Shown here: positions 14,873 through 29,265 of the stretch, one piece after another
Layout of the letters: every line of letters begins with the position of its first letter
Position numbering within the stretch: position 1 is the stretch's first letter
NCBI GenBank assembly: GCA_951406725.2
Contig: OX597814.1
Coordinates: forward strand, 32,488,001 to 32,552,000
DNA from: Octopus vulgaris
Lineage: Eukaryota
Direction: 5' to 3'
Length of the DNA stretch: 64,000 bases
Notes under the pieces: model-generated
Seen by the model: the letters and a program-made list of their open reading frames with translations, nothing else
The model's database searches: none
Told to the model about the DNA's origin: nothing
Position numbers and translations under genes: made by a program

Positions 14873-15532
14873 TAGTTCTACATAGATAGTTATATTGTAT
14901 TTGTTTAGACCTTTATTCGTAAAGTAATTTTGCATTGGTGATGGTGATGATGAAAAACAATTAAATTTCCCTCAAATCACTTCCTATCATCTTAGCAGAA
15001 AAATCGATGATTTAGTCACAGCTGATATACTGTTGATCATAGACCAATTCAGTTAGGACTGAAATTCGCTTGGACAAGCAGAAAGTGTCACCGACAAACG
15101 GTGCTTCTCACGAGATGAGAATTGGAACATCCACTACTATGTAGGCAATGAAATGTTACATACTCTGATGGGGATTGGACTACTTAGTGTTAAATGAGTA
15201 GATGGCGTTAGTGAACATAAAGTTATTCTTATATTGTTAAATATATGTGACATCTTATATCCTTCATCAAAATGTTTAAGACAGTTTGAGAAAAGATTCC
15301 TTGATATTAGTATTTAGTAAAGCAGTTTATCACAATCTATCCTATGTACCCTCACAAAAAACACATACATGCACAGAAAAAGAGAGTGAGTGAGTGTAAA
15401 TGTGATACACTTATCCAAAATGTGTCTTTTATGTTGGAATCTGTTTCTGTGTTACTTTGTTTCCACCCTCTCTCCCTCTTATTCATCTCTCTCTCTCTCT
15501 ATCTCTGTCTGTCTGTCTGTCTCTCTCTCTCT

Positions 15533-15590
<58 letters not shown>

Positions 15591-15749
15591 ATATATATAT
15601 GTATTTAAGAGGTAGGTGTTATATTTGTGTATATATAAGTGCATGAATATTATATATGTAAATGCGTAATGCATATAAGTGTAATATGTATCTTTTACTT
15701 GTTTCACTCAATATATCTGTGTACGTACGTGTGTGTTTGTTAACATGTA

Positions 15750-16800
15750 TTAGTCCATGGACAGAACAGTTGAACAAGATTCTAGCTTGCTGCATGTTTC
15801 GTGGTTAATGACTATTAGACTCCTGTTCTCATTTGCGTCATACGAGTAAATCAGTAATTTTTGTAAGCAGATAAATTTGGCTCGAACTTACCGTATAGCT
15901 TCACAAGTTACAGAACAAATGTGCAAAGCAAGGTGAGGACAAAAGAAGTAAATGTACAACGATTATTCAGGATTTCTTCTGTATCTGACGAACGAATATA
16001 GTAATAGTGTTTCTCAAATATCAAAAACTAGATTGAGATTCAGGGAGGTGATTCTTTGATAATGAGTTGAGTTGGTGAAGTAAGTCTCTAACCAGAAATC
16101 TTCAAAATGATTTTGGAAACACCACAGACTCATTCGTCTTCTTTATGTATAATAGTAATAACGCATTACATCATTTCGCTCCCTTGCTGTTTCTTTTAGC
16201 TTCAAGACTAACAAACAATGCTTGTTGCTTTGTTATAGTTTTTCTCAACTAGAATCGCCGAGAAGTCGGCGTTAGTGGTGGGGGTATTATCTTTTATATC
16301 TTTTTACAGTATCATAAGTGCGGTTTAGCTGGTCATCTTTGGCCTGTGTATAATGTTGTTTCGAGATCATCCGTTAGCTGCAAAATCAAGATTAAGCAAG
16401 ACTTCGAAATGTTCTTTGAAACGGTTTGTGATACTAATTCGTTCTGTTATATTTCGTGCACCACCTTCATAACTAAGAGGTGTTAAACCTTTGTACAAAT
16501 AGTATAGATTACTGTGGTCGTTCTGAATAAACTTCATGTATTTGAAGTCATGTATTTGAAGCACTTTAACCTGCTACCAGTTGTGCTTCCCTGCAGTCGA
16601 TTTCTTTCCGGACAGCAAAACTTGCTTACTGTTACTTCTGATCTCTCTGATCGGGGGTTATTCAAAAAAGCTGGAGAAAAAGGACTAAAACCGAAAATAA
16701 ATTAAAAACAATGGTTGGCAATTTTTCCTTACATTTCTATATTTCGTCGTAAAAAGAACCTTTTATCAATAAAAAAAAGGAGATTGCAAATAGCTCTGAA
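15750..16800 (-). pseudogene. Decayed RTE-clade LINE, reverse transcriptase region
   Basis: Minus-strand pieces RFKEHFEVLLN, LPESQSSF*YLRNTITIFVRQIQKK and SVTCEAIR*VRAKF resemble the RTE motifs RWxEHFxxLLN, LPESQCGFR..RST.DMIF..RQLQEK and SVNRxxLWxxLxKF. Many stops and frameshifts; boundaries approximate. Confidence 0.55.
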
Positions 16801-17635
16801 TAGAAAAGCTATGTGTAAATGAGTGGATTGCGACATGAGCAGGTTGGGTGTTCTGTTATTTGGCAGATCACGTTGCACATCGTTTTATGTTATTCACAGT
16901 AGGATTTAGTTTTCTTATTACGGTACACCGCTGAATCCTTAAATTTCCTGTATTCCAATCTTTAGCTTTGAGGGAGAATTTATTATTCTAGTTATGACAT
17001 CTCAGGTACTTCCTAACATAAGACAAATTTGTATGAATGTGTTCTTCAATGCATGTGCGATATCACTGTAATACCGCTACATTTCTGATATGGTATATGT
17101 CATCCTATATAATCCCATAAACTAAGTCGTCCGTAGGGTAGTTGCCCAGTTTACATGCATTATTGGAATGTGTGGGCCAACTACTCTATAAAGAAGAGTT
17201 GAGAATCTCTTATCTTTACGACCATTTCTGTTGAAGTATGTCTTTAAGGAGTCAAATCTTCTGGACAGTGGTTAGAAGGCATCAACTTCTAAAAAAAAAA
17301 AAGATAAAACAAGAACACTTATATGGCAGACCAAAGCCGTAAAAAATATATTTATATAAAAAAATTAAAAAAATAGCGCTCAAATGTTGTTCAAAGAGCG
17401 AATTAGGGGAATTGCTTCAGGAAATGAAAAATAGATAAGAAGATTGATTCGCAAAAGTTTAATAAAAAAAAAAAAAGCTAAAAAATATACATTTCTAGAA
17501 CTTTTCATTAATTAAGGAAATAAAAAAGAAACAGATAATTTCTGAGTCAGTATCATAAACATCAACATTGCAAATAGAGATCAGAGTTAATTAATTATCT
17601 CTTTCATATTTCTGAACAATAACAACATTTCATAC

Positions 17636-17637
<2 letters not shown>

Positions 17638-17700
<63 letters not shown>

Positions 17701-17704
17701 TATT

Positions 17705-17782
<78 letters not shown>

Positions 17783-17793
17783 GATGTTGCTGT

Positions 17794-17845
<52 letters not shown>
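17638..17845. repeat. (TTA)n/(TCATTA) plus (TA)n microsatellite
   Basis: Direct reading. Confidence 0.9.
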
Positions 17846-17847
<2 letters not shown>

Positions 17848-18310
17848 ATATGGAGGTGAAATTTTTACCTACAGTTATGTTGTACAAGTAATGTCTAATC
17901 TGATACTGATTAATTTGTTTTTGTCAGTGTTCATATTAATGAAGATACTGATAATGATGTTGTTGTTCTTTGTTATTGCTGTTTTTTTTACGATGATAAT
18001 GACGACGACGGCCACGTTTTCGTCGTCGTCGTCGTGGCCGCCATGTTTTCGTTCTTGCTGTCGTTTTACTGTATTAGTTTACAGTATCTTTTTGATGCTG
18101 CAACACGCTCAGGGTGTATTTTGATTTTGTTTCGTTAAGTTCGTATAGTTCTGCAGCATAACTTTTAAAAATATAAACACATATGACTGCATGTATTTTA
18201 ACGTAAAGCATTCTAAATATACATTTGTTATAACATATATTCATATATTCTTCTCTCACTCTTAGACTATTCCACAAAAGAAATTTGTGTGTGTGAGTGG
18301 CGGGGGACGA

Positions 18311-18387
18311 TAAATAATATTGACTATGTGGCACTGTATGTGTGTGTGTGTGTGTGTGTGGAGCTAAATAATATTGGCAATGTTATA

Positions 18388-18438
<51 letters not shown>

Positions 18439-18532
18439 GAGCTAAATAATATTGGAAATGTTATATTCTGTGTGTGTGTGTGTCTCTCTCTCTCTCTGTG
18501 TAGAGCTAAATAATATTGACTATGTGATATTC
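18311..18532. repeat. Tandem repeat of gagctaaataatattg(g/a)...tattctgtg units separated by (TG)n
   Basis: Core taaataatattg at 18311, 18366, 18444 and 18507. Confidence 0.75.
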
Positions 18533-18673
18533 TAAGATCAGGGCCTCCTGATGACAGAATATGTAGATTGATGTCGTGCTCCGGAAGTAGGACACCTCCA
18601 AACATTTGTGGGAGAGTTTTATTTGCTTTCTATTTTGTGTGTGTGTTGTGTATGAGTGTGTGTGTGTGAGGGA

Positions 18674-18725
<52 letters not shown>

Positions 18726-19795
18726 CATATCAACTATTCTCGCAATCATTTGTTGGCTCTTCGAGCCTTGTATCGTTGAACCAAATAAACCCCACCTATA
18801 ACATGCCAATAAAAGGCAGCAAAGAGGAGAATCATTAGAGGGATCAACTATTCAATAATACCCACTTCTCTCTCGTACACATTAATTCCATTCTCTGTTT
18901 ATAGGTACTTAATCCTTGCTCAGCTGATCTTTCATCAGAACGCTTCAACCATTGTCTGCTCTCTTTTACGATCATGAGTTCAACACCCTAAGCATTGAAC
19001 CACGTGCTTCCACACTTACGGACACACACGCGTACACACTCACACTCGCACATACATATACACACAACCTGCTTGTAATTATCCGATATTTTCCCTATTA
19101 CCCCATTTGTATTCTCCCTTATTTTATCTTAATTTACTTTATTTTATTAAACTTTTTTGATGTCCCTCCAAAAATTCCTCACACTGATGAGATTGACAAT
19201 GCATAAATTTAATTATAATTACGATGATTATAATGTTTTTCTTACATATTTGTATTGTCCTTTGAAACGCGCGCATGTATTGAATCCTGTTTTGTATTAA
19301 ATCTAATTTTGATTCAATATCTTTTCCTCCTCCATTTTTCTATAATTGCTTATGGTATATTTATACCTATAATGATATTTTTTCAACCTTATACACACAA
19401 AAACATATTCGAATGTATGTGAGTGTGTAAATATGTATGTACACACGTGTGTGGCTGAAATAGAATGAATGATACATGATAGATAGAGAGAGAGGGGAAG
19501 AGATGCATAGATATGCATGTGTGTGTGTATGTGTTTGTGTGTGTAAAAAGCAGACAGATATCACATGTGTGAGCGATTCGGTTAATGTGAATTATTATAA
19601 AGATGGAATTATGAAATATTTGCTTATAACGAAATAGAAGCAATGAAATATGGCAAAAAATGTGTAAATACATTTAATATGACACTACCAAAACGTATCC
19701 ATACTTTTTCTATTTATATTTATCGATATGAGCTTATCCGCCAATCCTATAAAACTAAGCATCTATCTAATTTGTTTTGACTGCCTACCAATCAC

Positions 19796-19841
<46 letters not shown>

Positions 19842-19928
19842 CATGAATATAAATATACTTATATACATACACATGCACACAAACACACATATATGCCATC
19901 AAAGGATTATTGTTATTATTACTATATG

Positions 19929-19979
<51 letters not shown>

Positions 19980-21429
19980 GTATATATATATATATATTTA
20001 TATTTATAGGCAAATAATAATAAGAACAATAATCCATGGATGGCATGTGTGTGAGGGTTGGTGGGTGGGTGTACTCACATACACACAGACGAATAACACA
20101 CACGAGGCCTCTCTTGCATATACGTACGCATTCCTTAATTCTTCTCTGTTAACTATAATCAGATTGTTAATCGGACTCTCTCTTCTCTCTTTCTCTTTCT
20201 TTCTTTCTTTCTCCCACGCATTCTCTCACTCATTCGACTACCCACTTACTGAATTACTCACTCACACACACACACTTTCTCTCTTTCCCCCCCTCTATCC
20301 TCCCCCTCTCTCTCTATCCCTCTCTCTCTCTCTCCCACGCATTTTCACACTCATTCGACTACTCACTGACTCAGTTTCCCTTTACTCCCCCCCTCTCTCT
20401 TCTCTCTGTCTGTGTCTGTCTTTCTTTTTTTTTCTCTCTCTCTCTCTCTCTGTCTCTATCTCTCTTTCTATCTATCTATCACTCGTAGACACGTACGCAT
20501 GCACGCAGATATTATTTACAAATTTAGTCTCTGTTTCCTTTGCCCAGCCTCCCTCTTTTCTCCTGTCCTTTCACTAACGTACCCTAATTCAGGTGTTGCC
20601 GGTTCATTTCTCAACACTTAAACAAGGGCCGTTTTATTTATTTGTTTATCTATTCATTCATTCACTGTTGTTCTATTGTTATTAACGGGGAACGGTTGTT
20701 TGGTATATAATGACGGGTGGGATGCGGGTAATGAATCTATTGAGCCGGAAAGGAAGGAAAATGAATGCAAGGGCTGGGTAGGACGAAGGGGTTGGTAATG
20801 TTGGGATGGTAGTTTAGGCATAGTGCTTGCTGATGGGCGTGGTGTGAAGACAGGTGGTGGTGAGGGTAATGGTAGGCGTAGTATTGATGGTAGATTTGGT
20901 GGTGGAGGGAAGGTGGTAATGGTGGTGGTGCTGTTGGTGGGGCGACGTGGTGTTCAACTGAAAGTTGTTTCGAAACCACTTCAAAAGTCTGACAGCCGAA
21001 TATCTCTACTTAATCGAGCGAAATGAAATAGATTTATAACTTCAAATGCTAATTCCTTACGTTGCCAGAGGCCCACAATTTTATAAGGGAACAGATATAA
21101 TGGCAATGGGCTAAATCGGCCCTTGCATATACTATTGGTATTTGAAATCCGTAGGATTTGAACTCATATCGTAAACGTTTGTAGCAGAATATCGCAAAAC
21201 GTTTTTTCTTTTATCTTTTACTTGTTTGAGTTACTGGACTGCGGTCATACTGGGGCACCGCTTTGAAAGGTTTGGTTAAACAGATCGATTCCAGCACTTA
21301 CTTTAAAATTTAGTACTTATCTATCGATTTCTTTTGCCTAGCTACTCAGTTCCAAGGGAATAAACAGACAAACAGCAATTGTCTGTTTGTGGTGGACGTC
21401 AAACACAACACTTAGAAACATACACTTAT

Positions 21430-21458
<29 letters not shown>

Positions 21459-21460
<2 letters not shown>

Positions 21461-21636
21461 TCTGGCCGTCTTCCCTTCCTTGGACCTTACCTTTTTCTAT
21501 GTTTCTGACGAAGAGCTCCGCTGGAAACGTTAAATCCTCCTTCTTTCTTTCCTTTGCTGAGCGTCCAATAACACTATACTTGTTCCGTGTCCTCGCGTTG
21601 TTGTGTTTTCTCTTTGTTCATGTATGGATTAACTAT
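21459..21636 (+). mobile_element. Probable Penelope-like element fragment with a decayed hammerhead motif
   Basis: gttt-CTGACGA-agagctccgctg-GAAA-cgtt-aaat (21501-21535) inside a short unique segment lying between (CA)n and (TA)n. Confidence 0.4.
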
Positions 21637-22212
21637 ATATGTACACACATACCCAGTTTCCATCTAATTTAGTGGACCTATAACCTAACACATTCCAGCT
21701 GTGACTATCTCATCCTTTAGTTCTTCAAACATAGTGTCTCTAATTTACCATTATGCAATGTATTATTGTTGTTTTGAAGACAACAGCTTACCATCTGAGG
21801 GAAATTTGGTTGTTATTTCTAGCTGAATGAACGATTGTTTCTTGAGGCTATGACTCAGTATGAAAGCCAGTTAAGGTGATTGGGGATGTGGTGGTGATTA
21901 GAATTGTGTTGGTTATTATCAAGCTAACTTCTGCATATGATCAGATTGCAAACACCAAACAAGTATAAAGGGAAATTTCTGGATTAGTCCAACAGGCAAA
22001 GGCTACATTAAGAGATAGATAAATATGCTGTCTGACAAAGCATCAGGTACAACTTCAGTCTGTTCGTAAGGTGGGAGTACGAGGTCCCTAAAACTGTGAA
22101 AGAGAGATGGTCTAAGAAAACGGGTTTTACAGAAAGTTTAACATGGTTGCTTATGTGTGAATGAAAAGCTATTGAACAGACATTAAGTATATAATAGTAG
22201 GAATGGGTAGGG

Positions 22213-22275
<63 letters not shown>

Positions 22276-22889
22276 AAGAGAGAGAGAGAGGGGGGTAGAG
22301 ATTTGCATGCAAAAAGATAAATAAAATGTTGGATACAAATTTAGAAAGGTAAAAGGACATGAAAGAAATTAGGGTAATAGATAGTCGGGGGCTCTGAATG
22401 AAAGGCGAGTACATAGACTAATAGCGTGTCGCTCAGTTGTTAAACTTACAGAAAGACAAATTAAGGATGACAAAGAGATGAATTAGATAAAAGGAAGAAA
22501 AAAGGGATGGGTTAAGAAAATATAAAGAAGAAAAGCGGGGCGATTAAAATGATGATCAGTGTGATATGTTTAAATGTTTGTATTACGGTGACTGATGGCG
22601 ACATGTGAAGACTCTGAGCTTTGAAGTTCGTACCTGGCGAGTGCAGTTTATCTGGGGAGCTCTTCAAATAGACCGTCTGTGAGCTCTTCAAATAGACCGT
22701 CTGTAGATGCATGCAGAAGTATGAGCATGAGGACGTTAATGGTGTTAGCCTAAGTTCAGATGTGTTTCTACTCTTACATGGCCATGACATTTATTTAGCA
22801 TTACAAACGTTTCTTCTGATAGACATAGCTTGTGTGTATGTGTGTTTGTGCGTGTTACATATATGTCAAAAAGAAAAAAGGATCAAAGC

Positions 22890-23070
22890 TCCTTCCCGAC
22901 TCATATTCTCATAAGGCCGGTTTCCCAGATTCTGTGGAGTATACATTCTTCCCTAAGTCCGTCGCAGGATTATTCATTTTGCCCAGCTGGACAGGAGCAA
23001 CAGGAAATGAAATGTTTTGCATCAGGACACAGCTCACCACCCAGCCTAAGAATCAAATCTACAGTCTAAA
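22890..23070 (-). mobile_element. Degenerate CORE-like SINE fragment
   Basis: Minus strand gtgtcctgatgcaaaacatttcatttc...gctcctgtccagctg resembles the family D core gtgttcttgagcaaggcactttatttcacgttgctccagttcactcagctg. Confidence 0.4.
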
Positions 23071-23571
23071 CTAGGTGCCTCTTTCTCCCTTCTCCCTTCC
23101 CCTCTCTCCATACTCCCTCACTCTCCGCCCCTTTCCTCTCCCCCCTCTCTCTCTCTGTATGTATATATATATATATATACATAAATTTATTTAAATAAGG
23201 ATAAGATCGTTATTTAAATATCTAACTTATCAAGAGGCAAACATGGGGGGGGGGTATCTAAGGTTTTAGAGCCAAATTTTGGCTGCTATTTCAAGCGTGA
23301 TGGTATCTGTTAGATACCCTAAATTATGATTTTAACAATGATTATATATATATAATATGCATTTATCACATACCTTATTAAATTAGCAAAAATCTATATT
23401 TTATTTTGACTATATCCCCATGTTAGTATTTTGGGTCAGTACAACGTGGAACTACGTATTCTTGACAGTTTTGCAATTCTTTTGTTATCAGTCTCTCATT
23501 CGGAAACAATTGATTTTCACCTTTAGGTGGTTTCCATGTCCATGAGATATAGCTCTCCATACCCGAATCTG

Positions 23572-23811
23572 TTGGGTTGGCCGGAAAGTTCGTGCCGATT
23601 TATAGTAGTTTATCTTTCGACTTGTTTTAGAACATGGTTGAGTCCATAGAATAGGATTTCTGGGAAGAGGGTATTTTCAAGTTAAAGGAAAGAGGGAGAT
23701 GCGTTGTGCAACAAAATGGTTCATATTTGGTTGATTAAAAATCTAACGGCAAGTATTTACTGACCTTTTTCTTTCCTTTGAGAATCGGCACGAACTTTCC
23801 GGACAACTCAA
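23572..23811 (+). mobile_element. Mariner-derived MITE / internally deleted mariner (240 bp)
   Basis: TIRs ttgggttggccggaaagttcgtgccgatt / aatcggcacgaactttccggacaactcaa; TA on the right, TG on the left. The interior encodes a mariner-like C-terminus FWEEGIFKLKERGRCVVQQNGSYLVD*. Confidence 0.85.
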
Positions 23812-24663
23812 TATTTTGGTAGTAGGAATAGCATATATTTGTCATATCAACATTGGAAATAACGTTTGATTAAAGGGTTAATTTTTAGCAGGAAGGAATA
23901 AGCTTCAATTCTACAATAGGTCTGAACCACGATGATGTTGTCTTTTAATGCGGCAGCAATTTTATTTCGTTAGCTTACATTACTGTGTTTATTCTTGTAA
24001 TCTGGGGTGATTGACACCTTCTAGCGAATATGTAACTTTTACAGAGATAATTATACTGAGAGCATTAGAATCAACCGGGTGGCTTACTCTCCGAGTATGA
24101 CTTTTCTACACACTAGACAGGTATTCAGTCTTTTGACAGCTGAAGCATCAACCTAAGCAGTTTGAGAGACCTGCAAAGATCATGGGTACTACTTTATCCC
24201 CTCCAACTGAACCCTTTATATTTCTACGAATCAAACACAAAAATCTATGAGGATTTCGATTTGTAAAGATTACTATGATACTCACAAAAGACTATGTAAT
24301 TGTATGAAAAAATAACTGACATGACTTCATATAATGATTGAACATCAGTGGAAAACACCCGCTCGAATGCACATTATCAATGAATAGTTTTTTTCACAGC
24401 AACGTGCATGAATAGGTACGTTCTATGAAGTTATAATCTATATGCATGTTCGTGTTGTATCCTGTAAATTAGCGGTTCAGCAACTAGGAGCCGATAAAAT
24501 AAATACAACACAGTAATAAGTATTTTTTCAGTTATATATTACACAAAAAACCTTGAATGTGGTGCCCTATTATGATCACAATCTAGTGAATGAAGGTAGG
24601 GCAAAAGAAAATATTTCTATCTATCTATCTATCTATCTATCTATATATCTATCTATCTATCTA

Positions 24664-24726
<63 letters not shown>

Positions 24727-25949
24727 TAATGTTTGTGTCTGTATAAATACGCACGTAAACTATATATATATATATATACACAAATATATAAGCATGCATA
24801 TCTAAGTGAGTGTGCGTATACGTATATATTGTTTAGCATACACATACTGATATATACACACATAAACTCATATTATATACCAACGCGTGATGTATGGGTT
24901 GGAATGAGTGGGATTTTGTGCGTATTCGTTAATACATTACGTCGTTCTTGGTAGCATGGCTAAAGCTGCGAAACATCTATGGAATTTCTCTGGTTAGGAT
25001 GTAAGACCTAGTCTAGTACGAGACCAAAGTGGTGAGCAGTCGTTTAACCTACTTAGCATAAGTGATTTATAAATTCTTATTATCTCTGGAGGGTTTAATA
25101 TCTCACTGCCCAAATATTGAGCCCACGGCAATTAACGGCAGAGAATGCTGGCACTTTTTGAATATATATATATATATATACACACATACATGCATACATA
25201 TATACGTATGCTTGTGTGTTATATGTATCCCATACACCCTTTTATATCTGTATATGTGTATACATACATATATAATTGTACGCATATATTTATATATATA
25301 GGTGGATATAATTGTGTGTCAATGTATGTAATGTATGTATGTATGTATGTGTGTATGTATGTAAAAACCTAACAGTTTTCTTTGAGATAAGCTAGACGCT
25401 TCGTCAATCAGTAGCAACAATACTTAATACAACAGAAATAATAAGTTATTTACTATAAGATCGTGTATATAAAAAATAAGCTGTCAACCTATCTAACATT
25501 TAATAACCACTAGTATTATATTTTGTTAATATTATCAATACAATCTAAGACAACGAACTGGTAGAATCGTTAGCGGTATTTCGTCCATTGTTATGTTATG
25601 AGACTACATTCAGCCGAGGTCGACTTTGCCTTTCGTACTTTCGGGGTTGATAAAACAAGAACCAGTGAATCAACTTATCCTCTTTCCCGAAAATTCTCAC
25701 CATGTGCCAAAATTTGGAACAAATATGTTGACATTCTTTTTATTTTTTCTGTCTGTCAGCCAGTCTCTCTCTCTCTCTCCCCTCTCTCCATTTCTCTTTC
25801 TCCTCTTTCTCTCTTTCTCCCCTCTCTCTAATTCTCCCCTCTCTCTCTGTTTCTATCTATCTATCTATCTATGTTTCTATTTGCCCGTTTCTCTCTATGC
25901 GTGTTTCCTTCTCTGATAGAGAGTAGGTTTCTTTTTCGGTTATAAGATA

Positions 25950-26137
25950 TTCTTTTATTTGCTGCAGTCATTCGACTGTGGCCATGCTGGAGCACTACAT
26001 TTAGTCGAACAAATCGACCCCAGGATTTAATCTTCGTAGGCCTAGTACTTATTCTATCACTCTTTTGCCAAACCACTGTTGCGGGGACATAAACACACCA
26101 GCATCGGTTGTCAAGCGATGATGGGGGTACAAACATA

Positions 26138-26200
<63 letters not shown>

Positions 26201-26395
26201 ACACATAATGGAACACAAACGCAATAGAGGACCATAAAACATTCGGACAGATAGACGATACAAAGGCGGACAGGAGAAACAACAATTAAAAGGACAGGCA
26301 AAGAAAGACACGGGTCATTCGAGGCCTTCTTTCTTCAGTTAAGTATACCAGATGTCCTTACTGTTTCAGGCTGTTACGCTTGAGACAGTTCGATC

Positions 26396-26481
<86 letters not shown>

Positions 26482-26633
26482 ACGACAGGCTTCTTTCAAT
26501 TTCTGTCTACCAAATCCACTCACAGAGCTTTGTTCGGCTCGATGCATTTGCCCAAGGTAACACGCAGTGGGATTGAATCCAGAATCATGTGGTTGGTAAG
26601 CAAGCTACTTACCACATAGATATTCCTGCGCCT
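25950..26633 (-). mobile_element. SINE family A interrupted by a ~200-bp insert in its internal microsatellite
   Basis: 3' half at 25950-26140, foreign segment at ~26205-26399, 5' half at 26480-26633. Confidence 0.75.
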
Positions 26634-27531
26634 ATATATATGTGTGTGAGTGTGTGTGGTGTGTGGTGTGTGTGTATGTATATATATATATATATATAAC
26701 AATCTTGCTATCACAACATATTTTCTTTTTATCTCTCCTCTATCATTTTGTTCCATAGACATGTCTATATAATACATTCTTTCACTCGCTCGCTCTCGCT
26801 CTCTCCCTCTCCCTCTCTCTCTCTCACACACACACTTTTTACCTTTTCTTTTTTTTTCTTTCTGTTTCTCTCTATCTCTTGTTTTCTGCTATTCCAGTTA
26901 CAACTTCCTCAAGTACATCCCACTCTCACCCTTCTTAACTTTCTTTCTCATTCGCTCTCCGTTTCTCCCACCGTTTCTCCCACTCCCTCTCTCTTCTCAC
27001 TCTCACCTCTCTTTCCCTTCTCTCCTTCGTCTTCATTCATCTTTGAAAATATTTCAAACAATTACTCTGCATTTATCCTCCTTTCTCCATATGGATCACA
27101 AACACACACATACACATACAAACATTTACACTCATGCGCAACAGCGAGCGCGCAAACACACACACACAGGCACACGCATGCACACGCACCAACATGTAAA
27201 TACATTCTCGCATGCCCACACACGCGCAAACACACACATACACACACACACACGCAAGCACACACACACTCACGTACACATGTACATACGCTCACACAGC
27301 ACTCCCGCCTCGTACATTTTCTTAATAATTCTATCGATCAATTAAATCAACCAGTTAATTAATCAATGAATCAATTAAGCAATTAGACACTTGATTAAAC
27401 ATTTTTCTTTCTCGATCGCTCTCTTCCCCCTTTTTGTTTGTCTATCTGTAAGTCTCTCTCTGTCTTTCTTTTCCTTTCCTCTGTCTCTCTCGCTCTTAAT
27501 CTATCTGTCTATCTATCTATTTATCTATCTC

Positions 27532-27594
<63 letters not shown>

Positions 27595-29206
27595 GTCTGT
27601 CTATGTGTATATGTGTGTGTGTGCACGTGTCTGTGCATACACTCCTCTGTCTGATTCTTCCTAATACGCCATTCTTCTTTCACTCTCACTCATCATCATT
27701 TAGGCTATCATTCCTCCTCATAGTCAAACGTATCTATCAATCTATATTTCCCAATAAATTTTTGTATACTCCTTATTACATTAATTCTTTCTCGCATCAC
27801 TTGTTTTCTTTTTGTTCATTTCTATGATATTATATGAAAGGCAACCCTGGAAATATTAACCTCAACAGATCTCACAATAAATGAAAATGTGTTACCTATC
27901 TTGGATTTGCAAATTGATTTTGCTTTTTTAAGATTCATTCAAAGAAATTAGGACAGAAACCCCAAAAGTTTTAACGACCTCCGAGATTGATGAGTGAATA
28001 GAAACTTAGTAACTTTTAGATTGAAAACCCGACTTGAATATTCTAATAAATTGTACCACACTAAAGGTTTTTTTGTGTTTTTTTAAACTAATTTTCCACT
28101 CTCGAACAGAAGCAATCGTTGCAGCGGATTTCCGCACAGTTTCTGCACAGCAAATTTCCTTCACAAAATTTTACCGATCTGAAAATATGACTGAAGACCT
28201 ATGCTTAAATTATGATACAATTTGATCGAAATGGAAGCTACGCAGTTGCAAAACAAAATTAACTCCAGAGCCATGCTTAGATCTACTGATCTTTACCAAT
28301 GCAGGTTACGACACAGTGTCCTTTGATACTTAATTCAACAATGTTCTCTTTATATAATCGTTCCTATCAGCCGCATCCACACTACTCTATGACCTGAAGT
28401 TGACTCAAGTTATCAGTATCCCGCCAGTGGATCATGTACTCACTCCGGCTTAGGACTACGATGCTGTGCAACGCATTGAATGTTAACGGCAGTCTCGAAA
28501 AATCCCTGACTGCGAATTAGGGGCAGCATGCTAAGTGCAGTTCATTCCTCTAAGTTGCCGTTGTTAGCGGAAATGAAGAGGTAAATTTGTTCCTTTTAAT
28601 AAGCAGTGCCAGCTTAAAATTTTTCTGTAGGTAAGTCCTATTTAGTTAGTTAGTCGTAGGTTAGTCCAGGTACATCTATTTTTTACTACTATATTATTTG
28701 CCAGATTTTCATGAATCATTGGGAAGAGGTTCTCTACGTTATCGGGTCACCCGAAATACTGAAACCTTCATCCAAGTTCGTTTAAACCGGACACTACTGC
28801 CTTAAGAAATAATGATGGAATAAATTATTGCTATAGTCCTAGATACGCTGGAGAGAATAAAAGGCGGATGAACATAGGATCAGAAAAGCTTTGATCGGTG
28901 TTCTGCATCATCAGAACTGACATGGGGGCTAAAGAGTAACAGTAACATCATCATCAACAACAACAATTCCTTATGTCCTGGTGAACTCTTTTATTCTCTA
29001 ACTTCAATTTTCTTCAAAATTTATTCAACACTACAATCTCTTTTTTCTTTCATTTTCTCTGTCGTTGTTTCGTTCAGTTTCTTTTCATAAATATTTCCTT
29101 CCTCTCTCACTTCGCAAATGTTCTACTTCTCTATACTGCACAACTGTACAGAGTCAGGGGCTATATCCTCCAGACCCAGAAAATACAAATTAATAATAAT
29201 AATAAC

Positions 29207-29265
<59 letters not shown>

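Noticed and set aside
18311-18532. Repeat-spacer pattern resembling a CRISPR array
   Set aside because: The spacers are (TG)n tracts, the context is eukaryotic and there are no cas genes.
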